From the NCBI GenBank assembly GCA_029263195.1, contig JAJCXX010000068.1, forward strand, positions 40,939 through 104,938: DNA of 64,000 bases. The letters are read 5' to 3'. Position 1 is the stretch's first letter, and every line of letters begins with the position of its first letter. Source of the DNA: Acidimicrobiales bacterium. Lineage in GTDB: Bacteria; Actinomycetota; Acidimicrobiia; Acidimicrobiales; Aldehydirespiratoraceae. Positions 11,481-19,929 of the stretch are shown piece by piece. The notes under the pieces are model-generated. The model was not told the origin of the DNA and searched no databases. It saw only the letters and a program-made list of their open reading frames with translations. The position numbers and the translations under genes are program-made.

Positions 11481-12722
11481 TCAGTCTCCTCGTCTCGTCG
11501 TGATGAGTGCCAGGAATCGTTCGATGGCGTCGACGGCTGCGCGTGTGCGGTGCGACGGGAAGGTGTCGAAGGCGTGTTGGGCGCCTGGGACTTCCCAGTA
11601 GACGACGGGCTCTCTCGACACCTGCCGCAACTGGTCGACGAAGTCGCGGGCCTCCTCCCTCCACACCAGCACGTCGTGGTGACCCTGGACGACAAAAAAC
11701 GGGGGAGCGTCGGCGTTGATCTGGCTGAGTGGGGAGACGAGATCCCAGAATGCGGGATCGTCGGCCAGCTTCGACGGCATGATCATCCGGTTCAGGAAGG
11801 GCTTCATGGATGTGAGGGGGCCCCGGATCTTGTTGCGGTTGGTGAAGTCGGGCGGCCCGTAGAAGGGAACGCAGGCAGCGACTGAGGTGTCGTCATCTTC
11901 GAATCCGGGCTGGAAGTCCGGAAGATTGGCGGTGAGAGCGGCAAGGGAGGTCAGATGGCCGCCGGCGGATCCTCCGGTGAGCACGATCGTGGATGGGTCC
12001 CCTCCGTGCTCGGCGATGTTGGCCCGGACCCAGGCGATGGCACGCTTCACGTCGACGATCTGGTCGGGGAACCTGTGCTTGGGAGCCAACCTGTAGTTGA
12101 TCGACACGCAGACCCATCCGCGGTGTGCCATTCGAAGCATCAAGGGGAAGGCCTGCTGTTGCTTGTGGCCGATGATCCAACCGCCACCGTGAACCTGGAG
12201 AAGCACCTGGGCGTTTTCGGCTCCGGACATCGGGCGATAGATGTCGAGGAGGTTTCGCTTTGGATGTTCGCCGTAGGGGATGTCGAATTCAGCATCGAGT
12301 CCGGTGAGCCGAAATCGGGCGTTGAGTCTCATCACCGGCCGAGGAACGGGGGATTCCATGAGAGCGAGTCGGTCTGCGTCGATGTCGGAGCGGTAGTCGG
12401 CCCCGAGTGAGTCCCCGAGAGCGGCTTCGGCAGTCGATGCGGCTTGGCGGGAGGTTCGGCGCACCGCCGCCAGTCCGATCCACGAGACCGCCGCCAGACC
12501 CAGTGCCGCCAACCCCAGAGAGTCATCGAGCGCGCCCCCAGCCGCGAGCGCGGCAGCCGTCACGACCTGGGCCAGGAAGTTTCCCGACGGGTGATCCCCG
12601 ACCATCCAGCCGATCAACATGATCGGGAAGCTGAAAGGTCCGCTCCGGTGGAGTCTCACGAGAGCGAACAGCGAGGCCAAGACCCATGAGATGGACAGGA
12701 AGAACAGGATGTCGGTTGTCAT
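11481..12722 (-). CDS. Membrane-anchored alpha/beta-hydrolase (esterase/lipase, HGGG type)
   Basis: N-terminal TM helices, oxyanion motif HGGGW, nucleophile elbow GGSAGG. Confidence 0.8.
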   Translation of the reverse strand: MTTDILFFLSISWVLASLFALVRLHRSGPFSFPIMLIGWMVGDHPSGNFLAQVVTAAALAAGGALDDSLGLAALGLAAVSWIGLAAVRRTSRQAASTAEAALGDSLGADYRSDIDADRLALMESPVPRPVMRLNARFRLTGLDAEFDIPYGEHPKRNLLDIYRPMSGAENAQVLLQVHGGGWIIGHKQQQAFPLMLRMAHRGWVCVSINYRLAPKHRFPDQIVDVKRAIAWVRANIAEHGGDPSTIVLTGGSAGGHLTSLAALTANLPDFQPGFEDDDTSVAACVPFYGPPDFTNRNKIRGPLTSMKPFLNRMIMPSKLADDPAFWDLVSPLSQINADAPPFFVVQGHHDVLVWREEARDFVDQLRQVSREPVVYWEVPGAQHAFDTFPSHRTRAAVDAIERFLALITTRRGD

Positions 12723-13645
12723 CTCGCCAACCCGATTCTCGTGGCCACGTCGGTACAGGCGTTGGTGATCTTGCGTCCAAAGTCGGGGTTGATGCAGGCG
12801 GTGTGTCCGTCGTCTATGCGATTGATGTGAGCATCGGGAATCGACATGGCCAGCCGAAGCTGGGCTTCAGGTGAGACCGCTCGGTCGGTCTCGGTGATGA
12901 TGACCGACGTGGGCACATTCACTGTCGAGATCCAGTGCTTCGAGCTGTAGGTGGCTAGGGCGTGGATGGCTTCGAAGATCACCTTCACCGAGTGGTGGCT
13001 CATCTCCTCGCGGGCCCACTTGCCAACGGCGCCGGGATTGACCCGAGACAACTCCATGCCGAACAGCCGACGGGTGATGAACGCCGGGGCCCATGAAGCG
13101 ACAGCTCCCATTTGGGTGGTTCCGGCAGCAACTGAGGCGACCGCGGCCAAGGCGTAACGCTCGCGATTGCCGGCGACGAACTCACATCCGGTTGCGATCA
13201 GGACCATCCCGTCGACGAGGTCGGGGTGGCGTCGCCACAGGAGTTGAGCAACCGGCCCGCCCATCGAGTAGCCGACGACGATCACCGGGCCGGTGTCGAG
13301 TCGCTTGAGCATCGCGGCGGTGTCGTCGGCGCAGTCGGCCAGGCGGAACCTTCGACGCGATCGAATCCCTCGTCCATGACCTCGAAGATCAGGGGCGATG
13401 ACGTTGAACTGGCCCTTGAGCGGTTCGAAGCAGCGCACCCAGTTGAGGGCCCCCGAGGCCAACCATCCGTGGAGCAACAACACCGTCGGGGCTCCCGGTG
13501 GCCCCTCGGCGGAGCGGACGTAGGTCGTGCCTCGGCCCGGCAGGCGGAGGTGTCGTCCTTCTGGCAGGCGCATCCCGAGATCGTGGATGTCGAGGTGCTG
13601 GGGTGCGGGGTCAGCCATTCCCATGGGGTTCGACCGTAGTGGCAC
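12719..13645 (-). CDS. Alpha/beta hydrolase
   Basis: HGW...GYSMGG nucleophile elbow. 4-bp overlap with the downstream esterase gene. Exact start uncertain (several in-frame Met). Confidence 0.75.
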   Translation of the reverse strand: MPLRSNPMGMADPAPQHLDIHDLGMRLPEGRHLRLPGRGTTYVRSAEGPPGAPTVLLLHGWLASGALNWVRCFEPLKGQFNVIAPDLRGHGRGIRSRRRFRLADCADDTAAMLKRLDTGPVIVVGYSMGGPVAQLLWRRHPDLVDGMVLIATGCEFVAGNRERYALAAVASVAAGTTQMGAVASWAPAFITRRLFGMELSRVNPGAVGKWAREEMSHHSVKVIFEAIHALATYSSKHWISTVNVPTSVIITETDRAVSPEAQLRLAMSIPDAHINRIDDGHTACINPDFGRKITNACTDVATRIGLAR

Positions 13646-13786
13646 GGGAGTTCATGACAAGAATCAATGTTCGTGTGGTGATCTGATTTTCGAATGGGTG
13701 CCATCTCTGACAATGGGACCTAAGTCCCTTCGATTCGAGGCGGTGTCCAACTTACTGTGTAATCGTCGCCGCTAGAAGGGAACTCA

Positions 13787-14677
13787 ATGGCCGACTTTTT
13801 GTCCCAGTATTCGATCCAGAGATGGCTCGAGATGTGTCCGCAGGGCTATCTCGAAAACACTGTCTACGGGCATTCTCCCGAGTTGAGGGAGCCCGAACTC
13901 GTCGTCGAGAACGAGACGTTGCGCGAGGAGTCGATTCGCACGACGGTTCAGTTGGTGGTCGGCGAGCGTTGCGCGCTCGCCGCATCGTCGGGTCTCGTCA
14001 ATGCTGCTCCCGACTTCCCGAGCAAGCGTTTCCTCGCCACCCAGACCCTCGACGAGGCCCGCCACGTTGAGATCTTCACCCGGCGACTGTTCGATCTCGG
14101 GGTCACCGAGGACAACCTCGAATCCACGATCGACAATTACGCGAATCCTCATCTTGTGAAGTTCGCCGAGGTTCTCTTGGAGAAGGTCGATTCAGGCGAC
14201 TTCATCGCCGGCGTGGTCGGCCAGAACATCGTGCTCGAGGGCATGGCGTTCAGCGTGTTCGAGATGCTCGAGGCCGTGTCCAAGCAGGTCAACCCGAAGT
14301 TCGCCGAGACGTTGAGCGGCACTATCGCCGACGAGCGTCGCCATGTCGGTTTCGGTGAGAACAGGATCGGCAGCCTGATCCGGGAGCATCCCGAGCGCAA
14401 GGCCGACGTGGAGAGAATGCAGGCCGAGATGACGTATCACATGCTCGCTACGTTCAGTGAGGCCTTCCAGGGCAATGCTGCTGCCACCGAAGAGGCCCGA
14501 TCGATCGCTGCAGCGGAAGGTGCCGGCCCGGAGACGGCCGTCTGGCATGGCACCGACCTCGCGGCGGCTTCGCCCGAGGACATGGAAGCAGTGCTTGCCG
14601 ACACCGTGCTGGGTGAGTTCAAGACCCGACTCGGCCGGATCGGTCTCGAGTACCAGTCACCTCCAGTACCAGCGTGA
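13787..14677 (+). CDS. Ferritin-like diiron-carboxylate protein (paralogue 1)
   Basis: E...ExxH duplicated: GERCA, DEARHVEIF, LEGMAFS, DERRHVGFGE. Confidence 0.7.
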   Translation: MADFLSQYSIQRWLEMCPQGYLENTVYGHSPELREPELVVENETLREESIRTTVQLVVGERCALAASSGLVNAAPDFPSKRFLATQTLDEARHVEIFTRRLFDLGVTEDNLESTIDNYANPHLVKFAEVLLEKVDSGDFIAGVVGQNIVLEGMAFSVFEMLEAVSKQVNPKFAETLSGTIADERRHVGFGENRIGSLIREHPERKADVERMQAEMTYHMLATFSEAFQGNAAATEEARSIAAAEGAGPETAVWHGTDLAAASPEDMEAVLADTVLGEFKTRLGRIGLEYQSPPVPA

Positions 14678-14755
14678 TCATCTGAGCGGCGACCGGCCCG
14701 GAATTCGGGCCGGTCGTTTCGCGTTCCGTCCCCGAACGTAGGAAGGTTCAAACGA

Positions 14756-15526
14756 ATGGCTGACTTCGATCCTCACGCGATGGCCGAGGAAGAGTTCCTG
14801 GAAGAGGTGCACAGTTTCGACTTCTGGTTTCAGGCGGTCGACGGTTATCTGAGGGACCGTTCCTACGGACAGGTCGAAGGGACCCCGGACCCGCTGATGG
14901 AGGACGGTGAGCGCGAGGTTCTGATCACCACCCTCTGCAACTACTGCGTGGCTGAGACGGCTGCGCTCGACGCGTCAAGCGGGCTGGTTCGGCTCGCTCC
15001 CAACCGGCACGCCAAGATCTTTCTCGCCACCCAGGTTGTCGACGAGGCCCGCCACCTCGAGGTGTTCCTCCACAGGATGAAGGAGCTCGGTGTTGTCGAC
15101 CCCGAAGGCGAGATCGAACGAAGGGCCAACCCGAATTTGCTTCGGTTCAAGAAAAGACTGCTCGAATTGGTCGACGACCGCGACTGGGACTCGGCGGTGT
15201 TTGCCCAGAATGTGATCTTGGAGACCATGGAGTTCACCGCGTTCAAGGCCCACCTCGAGGGAGCAGATCCCGTCACCGGTGAGGTCCTCGACGGGGTTAT
15301 CAAGGACGAACGTCGCCATCTGGGATTCGGTGAGAACGATCTGGGACGCCGCCTCGTGACCATGCCGGAGAACCGGTCACGTTTGGCGGAGGTCCGTGCG
15401 GAGCTCGATGAGCTGGTTCTTCGCACATTCGAAGAGGTCCAGCAATCGGCTGGCGTCGAACCTTCACAGAGGCTGACGCTCGGCCGTGAGTACATAGAAG
15501 CGGTCGAGCGACTGGGCCTGACCTGA
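14756..15526 (+). CDS. Ferritin-like diiron-carboxylate protein (paralogue 2)
   Basis: Same ligand pattern as paralogue 1: AETAA, DEARHLEVF, LETMEFT, DERRHLGFGE. Confidence 0.7.
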   Translation: MADFDPHAMAEEEFLEEVHSFDFWFQAVDGYLRDRSYGQVEGTPDPLMEDGEREVLITTLCNYCVAETAALDASSGLVRLAPNRHAKIFLATQVVDEARHLEVFLHRMKELGVVDPEGEIERRANPNLLRFKKRLLELVDDRDWDSAVFAQNVILETMEFTAFKAHLEGADPVTGEVLDGVIKDERRHLGFGENDLGRRLVTMPENRSRLAEVRAELDELVLRTFEEVQQSAGVEPSQRLTLGREYIEAVERLGLT

Positions 15527-15819
15527 TGAACGATCAGTCCGAAGCTTCCGACGAGCCGGAACCGTCGAGGAAGCGCTACGAACTCGAGGAGACGGGCTTC
15601 AACGAGGTCCCCAAGAAGTGGCGCAAGTTCTACCGAATTTGGGAGGGGGCGCTCGACACGCTCGCCCCCAACGAGATCCTCTGTCCGGTGTGCAAGGTGG
15701 TGATCCGGTCGGTGAAGGAGATCCGGGTGGGCGACCGGCTCTACTGCATGCCCTGCATGTCGCGGCTCTTGGTGGTCGAGGCCGAAGACGGCACTCTCAC
15801 CACCGACGTTCTCTACTGA
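15526..15819 (+). CDS. Small Zn-ribbon / rubredoxin-like protein
   Basis: 97 aa with two CxxC pairs (CPVC ... CMPC). Start ATG overlaps the stop of the upstream ferritin-like gene (TGATG), suggesting translational coupling. Confidence 0.55.
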   Translation: MNDQSEASDEPEPSRKRYELEETGFNEVPKKWRKFYRIWEGALDTLAPNEILCPVCKVVIRSVKEIRVGDRLYCMPCMSRLLVVEAEDGTLTTDVLY

Positions 15820-17051
15820 CTCCCAAAGTCCGTCTGGGTCCCGACCTTGAGGTCGGCGAACGCGACTCCTCGATCGACGCTGATATCGCGAGGTAGACCG
15901 AGGACCCGGTCGCCGATGATGTTCTTCTGGATCTCGTTGGTGCCGCCCGCAATGCCGCTTTGTAGTCCGGTCAGCGCGGCTCGTGCCCAACCACCTCCGG
16001 CGTCGGCTTCCCACGCCACGCTGTCGGCGCCCACGAGCTCCATCGACACGTCGCGGGCATACGACATGATGTTGCTGCCGGCCAGCTTGCCGATCGATCC
16101 GCCGGGTCCTGGCGTCTTGCCGGCCTGCATTTCGGCTCGGGTGCGCATCGAGACGAGCGACTGCACGGTCTCCATGGCGTAGAGCTTCATGAGCTTCTGG
16201 CGCAGGACCGACTGATCGATGACGCCGCGCTTGGTGGCCTCCTCGATCAGTTGATCGGCACGTTCGTGTTGGACGCCGCTGGTTGCGCCGGATCCGATCG
16301 CCACCCGCTCGTACATGAGCATCGACGTCGCCATGCTCCATCCGTTGTTGATCTCGCCGAGGATGTTTTCGAGCGGAATGGAGACATCGGTGAAGAACAC
16401 CTCGTTGAAGTGCATCCCGCCGTCGATCTGATGGATGGCCCGAACCTCGATACCGGGGGTGTCCATGGGGACGATGAACATGGAGATGCCGGCGTGCTTG
16501 ACCACGCTGGGGTCGGTGCGGGCGATGACCACGCCGTAGTCGCTTACATGGGCGAGTGTGGTCCAGACCTTCTGTCCGTTGAGGACCCAGGTGTCGCCGT
16601 CGCGTACGGCCTTGGTTTGAAGGCTCGCCACATCTGAGCCCGCACCCGGTTCGGAGAACATCTGGCACCAGACCGTGGCGGCCGAGATGATGTCGGCCAG
16701 GAAGGCGGTCTTCTGCTCGTGGGTGCCGAATTCGGAGAGCATCGGCAGACACATCCCATGGGATATGACGAGCTCGAAGGTCATGTTGGGGAAATTGGCG
16801 TATTCCTCGCGCCAGATCCGCTCGTGTTCCTTGGTGAGGCCTTGGCCGCCGTATTCCTTGGGATAGGTGAGTCCGGCCAGTCCTGCATCGGTCAGCGCTT
16901 GCTGAAACTTCTTTCCGGATAGCAACCGCCGCTCACCACGCTGATCGGGATCGCCGTCAAGATGCATTCCGATGGCGTGCTCCTCAAGGAAGGCGTGGCA
17001 TCGAGAGCGGAACTGGTCGAGGTCGTCGGGTGACATCGTGGCCTCGGTCAT
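15813..17051 (-). CDS. Acyl-CoA dehydrogenase
   Basis: ACAD-typical segments throughout (GQKVWTT, GGTNEIQKNIIGDRVLGLP). ATG at 17051 with a GAGG 5 nt upstream is preferred over the ORF start at 17105. Confidence 0.88.
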   Translation of the reverse strand: MTEATMSPDDLDQFRSRCHAFLEEHAIGMHLDGDPDQRGERRLLSGKKFQQALTDAGLAGLTYPKEYGGQGLTKEHERIWREEYANFPNMTFELVISHGMCLPMLSEFGTHEQKTAFLADIISAATVWCQMFSEPGAGSDVASLQTKAVRDGDTWVLNGQKVWTTLAHVSDYGVVIARTDPSVVKHAGISMFIVPMDTPGIEVRAIHQIDGGMHFNEVFFTDVSIPLENILGEINNGWSMATSMLMYERVAIGSGATSGVQHERADQLIEEATKRGVIDQSVLRQKLMKLYAMETVQSLVSMRTRAEMQAGKTPGPGGSIGKLAGSNIMSYARDVSMELVGADSVAWEADAGGGWARAALTGLQSGIAGGTNEIQKNIIGDRVLGLPRDISVDRGVAFADLKVGTQTDFGSQ

Positions 17052-17169
17052 GGGTACCTCGTGGTGGGGGAGCCGGCGCGAGGCCAGACGTGAACGATCG
17101 TTCACATGCTACGACCCCCGCCCGCCAGAGGCGAGTCGAGCCGAGCCGAGCCCCAACCCCACATCCAAT

Positions 17170-17224
17170 CCGAAATCTGTGGCTGGGAGCCACACTCAGT
17201 GTGGCTCCCAGCCACAGATTTCGG
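17170..17224. terminator. Near-perfect 27-bp-stem palindrome downstream of ssrA and upstream of the acyl-CoA dehydrogenase gene
   Basis: CCGAAATCTGTGGCTGGGAGCCACACT (17170-17196), then c, then AGTGTGGCTCCCAGCCACAGATTTCGG (17198-17224). No U-tract on either strand. Confidence 0.5.
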
Positions 17225-17306
17225 AAAGGCGGTCGGAAAGGGGAGGGGAGGCTTGACGCGACGGAGCCTCGACCGGATGGTCGAGGCTCTCGATTACGGG
17301 GTCTGC

Positions 17307-17697
17307 TGGTGGAGCTGGAGGGAATCGAACCCTCGTCCGTCAGGTGGCAACCCGACGCGATACGACCGTTCCCGTGGTTGTGGCTTGCGGCTGCCACCTC
17401 GCCGGGTCGAGCGGGCACGAAGCCCATCCGCCGGATCTTTCTCCGATGTCAGCGGTCTTTGCCGGCTGTCAGTGGTCTTTCCCGACTGTCCACCACCGCT
17501 TCTGGTGCCAGGCTGCGGTGGTCAGGCCCCGCGTGCCATTGCTGGTCGCGATGACTCTCTACTTACTGACCTAAATCAGGCAGCGAGAGCGAGATCGTCC
17601 GTATTGGCGTCTCTGTTGGTGCCCTGTTTTGGGAGTCTGAGCAACTCCGGTCGCACGCCGTAGCTTCCTGGTCCCAACGTCGAAACCGATCAGCCCC
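17307..17697 (-). ncRNA. ssrA: tmRNA (SsrA), 391 nt
   Basis: Minus strand begins GGGGCTGATCGGTTTCGACG and ends GGACGAGGGTTCGATTCCCTCCAGCTCCACCA (tRNA-Ala-like acceptor/T-arm plus CCA). Internal tag frame GCC AAT ACG GAC GAT CTC GCT CTC GCT GCC TGA at 17576-17608 encodes ANTDDLALAA. Confidence 0.93.
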
Positions 17698-17796
17698 GTG
17701 TGCCGTCGCATGTCAAGTAACGGGCCCGCTAGGGGCACTGCCACTCTACAGCTCCGATGTGTCACGCGGCAGGGCACCGACGGCGGGGCCCTGCCC

Positions 17797-18294
17797 TCAT
17801 CCGCTTCGTCGGGCCTTGGCGATCGCTTTCTGTGTTTCCAGATTGGAGTCGCGCTTGGCAATTTCCTGGCGTCGGTCGGCTCGGCTCTTGCCGCGTGCCA
17901 ACGCCAACTTGAGCTTGGCGCGACCGCCCACGAAATAGAGCGCCAGTGGTATGACCGCGAGATGGTCGCGGTCGACCCTGGATGACCATCGTTCGATCTC
18001 GTCGCGATGGGCGAGCAGCTTGCGGCGGCGCTCGGGGTCGTGGGCGAAGGCCGAACCGGAATGTGAGTAGGCCCCGATGCGAAGCCCTACCAGCCAGAGC
18101 TCACGCTGATAGAAGATCCCGTACGCCTCGCCCAGTTGAACCTTGCTCTCGCGCAGTGACTTGACCTCGCTACCCCGCAGCACTATTCCGACTTCGACCG
18201 TGTCGACGATCTCGTAGTCGCGGTGGGCCACACGGTTGGTGGCAACCGTGGTAGCGCCCTCGGGCACATCGCGTCTCTTCTGCGACTTGGCCAT
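17797..18294 (-). CDS. smpB: SsrA-binding protein SmpB
   Basis: 165 aa with ATNRVAHRDYEIVDTVEVGIVLRGSEVKSLR. Lies immediately upstream of ssrA on the same strand. Confidence 0.93.
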   Translation of the reverse strand: MAKSQKRRDVPEGATTVATNRVAHRDYEIVDTVEVGIVLRGSEVKSLRESKVQLGEAYGIFYQRELWLVGLRIGAYSHSGSAFAHDPERRRKLLAHRDEIERWSSRVDRDHLAVIPLALYFVGGRAKLKLALARGKSRADRRQEIAKRDSNLETQKAIAKARRSG

Positions 18295-18371
18295 TGCGAG
18301 TCACCGTATCGACTGAGGTGGCCGCACGGCCCCGATATTTCACGTCGCACAGAGATGGCTAGGTTGTTGCG

Positions 18372-18797
18372 GTGTTGGAACTGCCACGGGCTTTGCACGA
18401 AGAGATGATCGGCCATGCCGTTCGTGGTCTTCCCAATGAGGCGTGTGGGCTGATCGTCGGAATGTTCGGTTCGGATCGGGTCGAGCGCTTCTTTCCGATG
18501 CGGAACGCCGCGGAGTCGAGTCGGATCTACGAACTCGACAGCCACGAGATGATGGCTGTCGAACGCGAAGTCGACGAAGGTGGCCTGGCGATCATCGGAG
18601 TGATGCACTCCCACACTCACACCATCAACTACCCGTCGCCCACCGATGTGGCCGACGCTGCACGGTTCGATCCATTCGGATCGTGGCAGTTCGTGATCGT
18701 GTCGCTGAAGGATCCCGACCCGTCGCTGCGCTCCTACCGGATCCTCGATGGAGAGATCACCGAGCAGTCTGTGCGGGTGGTCGGGACCGGCTCGTGA
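18372..18797 (+). CDS. mec: JAMM/MPN+ metalloprotease, Mec-like (CysO-cysteine peptidase family)
   Basis: NEACGLIVG and the JAMM motif HSHTHTINYPSPTD. 141 aa, GTG start, adjacent to cysM as in the mycobacterial mec-cysO-cysM arrangement. Confidence 0.8.
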   Translation: MLELPRALHEEMIGHAVRGLPNEACGLIVGMFGSDRVERFFPMRNAAESSRIYELDSHEMMAVEREVDEGGLAIIGVMHSHTHTINYPSPTDVADAARFDPFGSWQFVIVSLKDPDPSLRSYRILDGEITEQSVRVVGTGS

Positions 18798-18841
18798 CAC
18801 GGGGCCCCGGGCCCTTTGTGGAAGATTCGGAAGCTAATGGT

Positions 18842-18847
18842 TATAAT
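18842..18847 (+). promoter_or_regulatory. Candidate -10 hexamer (TATAAT) in the AT-richer mec-cysM spacer
   Basis: Perfect TATAAT about 40-50 nt upstream of the cysM start, in an otherwise GC-rich genome. No convincing -35 element. Confidence 0.3.
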
Positions 18848-18887
18848 CCTGATCAAGAAAGTCGGAATTAGTTGAGACGTCGAGAGG

Positions 18888-19847
18888 TTGGGTCAGAACA
18901 TGAGCGTTCTCCAATCAGCACTCGACCTCATCGGCAACACCCCAATGGTCGATGTGAGCGAGCTGAGCCCCAACCCGGCAGTGCGAATCATTGCCAAGAT
19001 CGAAGGGCAGAATCCGGCCGGATCGGTCAAGGACCGCGTGGCGCGGGCGATGATCGAGGACGCCGAGTCCGACGGCACACTTCGTCCCGGCAAGACCATC
19101 ATCGAGCCATCCTCGGGCAACACGGGTATTGCTCTGGCGATGATCGCGCAGATGAAGGGCTATCCGATCAAGGTGGTGCTGCCCACCAACGTCTCCCCCG
19201 AGCGCCGGCAGATGCTCGAGGTGTTCGGCGCTGAGATCATCGACTCGCCCGGCGCTGAGGGATCCAACGGAGCGGTGCGCATGGCTCAGGCTCTCGCCGC
19301 CGAGCATCCAGAGTGGGTGTTTCTCTACCAGTACGCCAACTTGGCCAATCCTCAGGCCCACTACGACACCACGGGCCCTGAAATCTGGGCCGACGTTCCC
19401 GAGATAACCCATTTCGTGGCGGGCCTGGGCACCAGCGGCACCTTGATGGGTGTTGGCACGTTTCTGAAGGAACAGAACCCCGATGTGTTGGTCCTGGCGG
19501 TGGAGCCTCCGGCTGGAGAACTGGTCGAGGGGTTGAGGAATCTCGACGATGGCTTCATCCCGCCGATCTACGACAAGTGGGGCGGGCCGGAATTGCTCGA
19601 CGGCAAGCGCATTGTGCGGCCTCGCGAGTCGCTCGAGTTCACCAGGAGACTGGCTGAGGTTGGAATCTTCAGTGGGATCTCGGCCGGAGCCGCGCTGGCC
19701 GGTGCGGTGCGAACGGCCGAGAGGATCGAATCGGGCACAATCGTGTTCGTCGTGTCCGACGGCGGCTGGAAGTATCTCTCCACCGGTTTGTGGACCGGAG
19801 ATCTCGATGAGGTCACCGAGAGAGCCAAGGAAATCATCTACTTCTGA
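18888..19847 (+). CDS. cysM: Cysteine synthase, CysM type (O-phosphoserine sulfhydrylase-like)
   Basis: PLP-enzyme motifs NPAGSVKDR and SSGNTGIALA. Remembered M. tuberculosis CysM-like blocks LYQYANLANPQAHYDTTGPEI, PEITHFVAGLGTSGTLMG, DGGWKYLSTG. Start may instead be the ATG at 18900. Confidence 0.88.
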   Translation: MGQNMSVLQSALDLIGNTPMVDVSELSPNPAVRIIAKIEGQNPAGSVKDRVARAMIEDAESDGTLRPGKTIIEPSSGNTGIALAMIAQMKGYPIKVVLPTNVSPERRQMLEVFGAEIIDSPGAEGSNGAVRMAQALAAEHPEWVFLYQYANLANPQAHYDTTGPEIWADVPEITHFVAGLGTSGTLMGVGTFLKEQNPDVLVLAVEPPAGELVEGLRNLDDGFIPPIYDKWGGPELLDGKRIVRPRESLEFTRRLAEVGIFSGISAGAALAGAVRTAERIESGTIVFVVSDGGWKYLSTGLWTGDLDEVTERAKEIIYF

Positions 19848-19929
19848 GCGTTCCCGAGCGGTAGAGATCCATTCTCGGTCCGGCGACCAGCGACTATGGT
19901 CCGCTTGAGGCTGGGGACAGAGGGGAACG

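Noticed and set aside
14941-16752. 603-aa minus-strand ORF spanning the ferritin-like genes and part of the acyl-CoA dehydrogenase region.
   Set aside because: It is Arg/Pro/His-rich and low in complexity. It is antisense to, or out of frame with, genes that have clear motifs. This is a typical high-GC shadow ORF.
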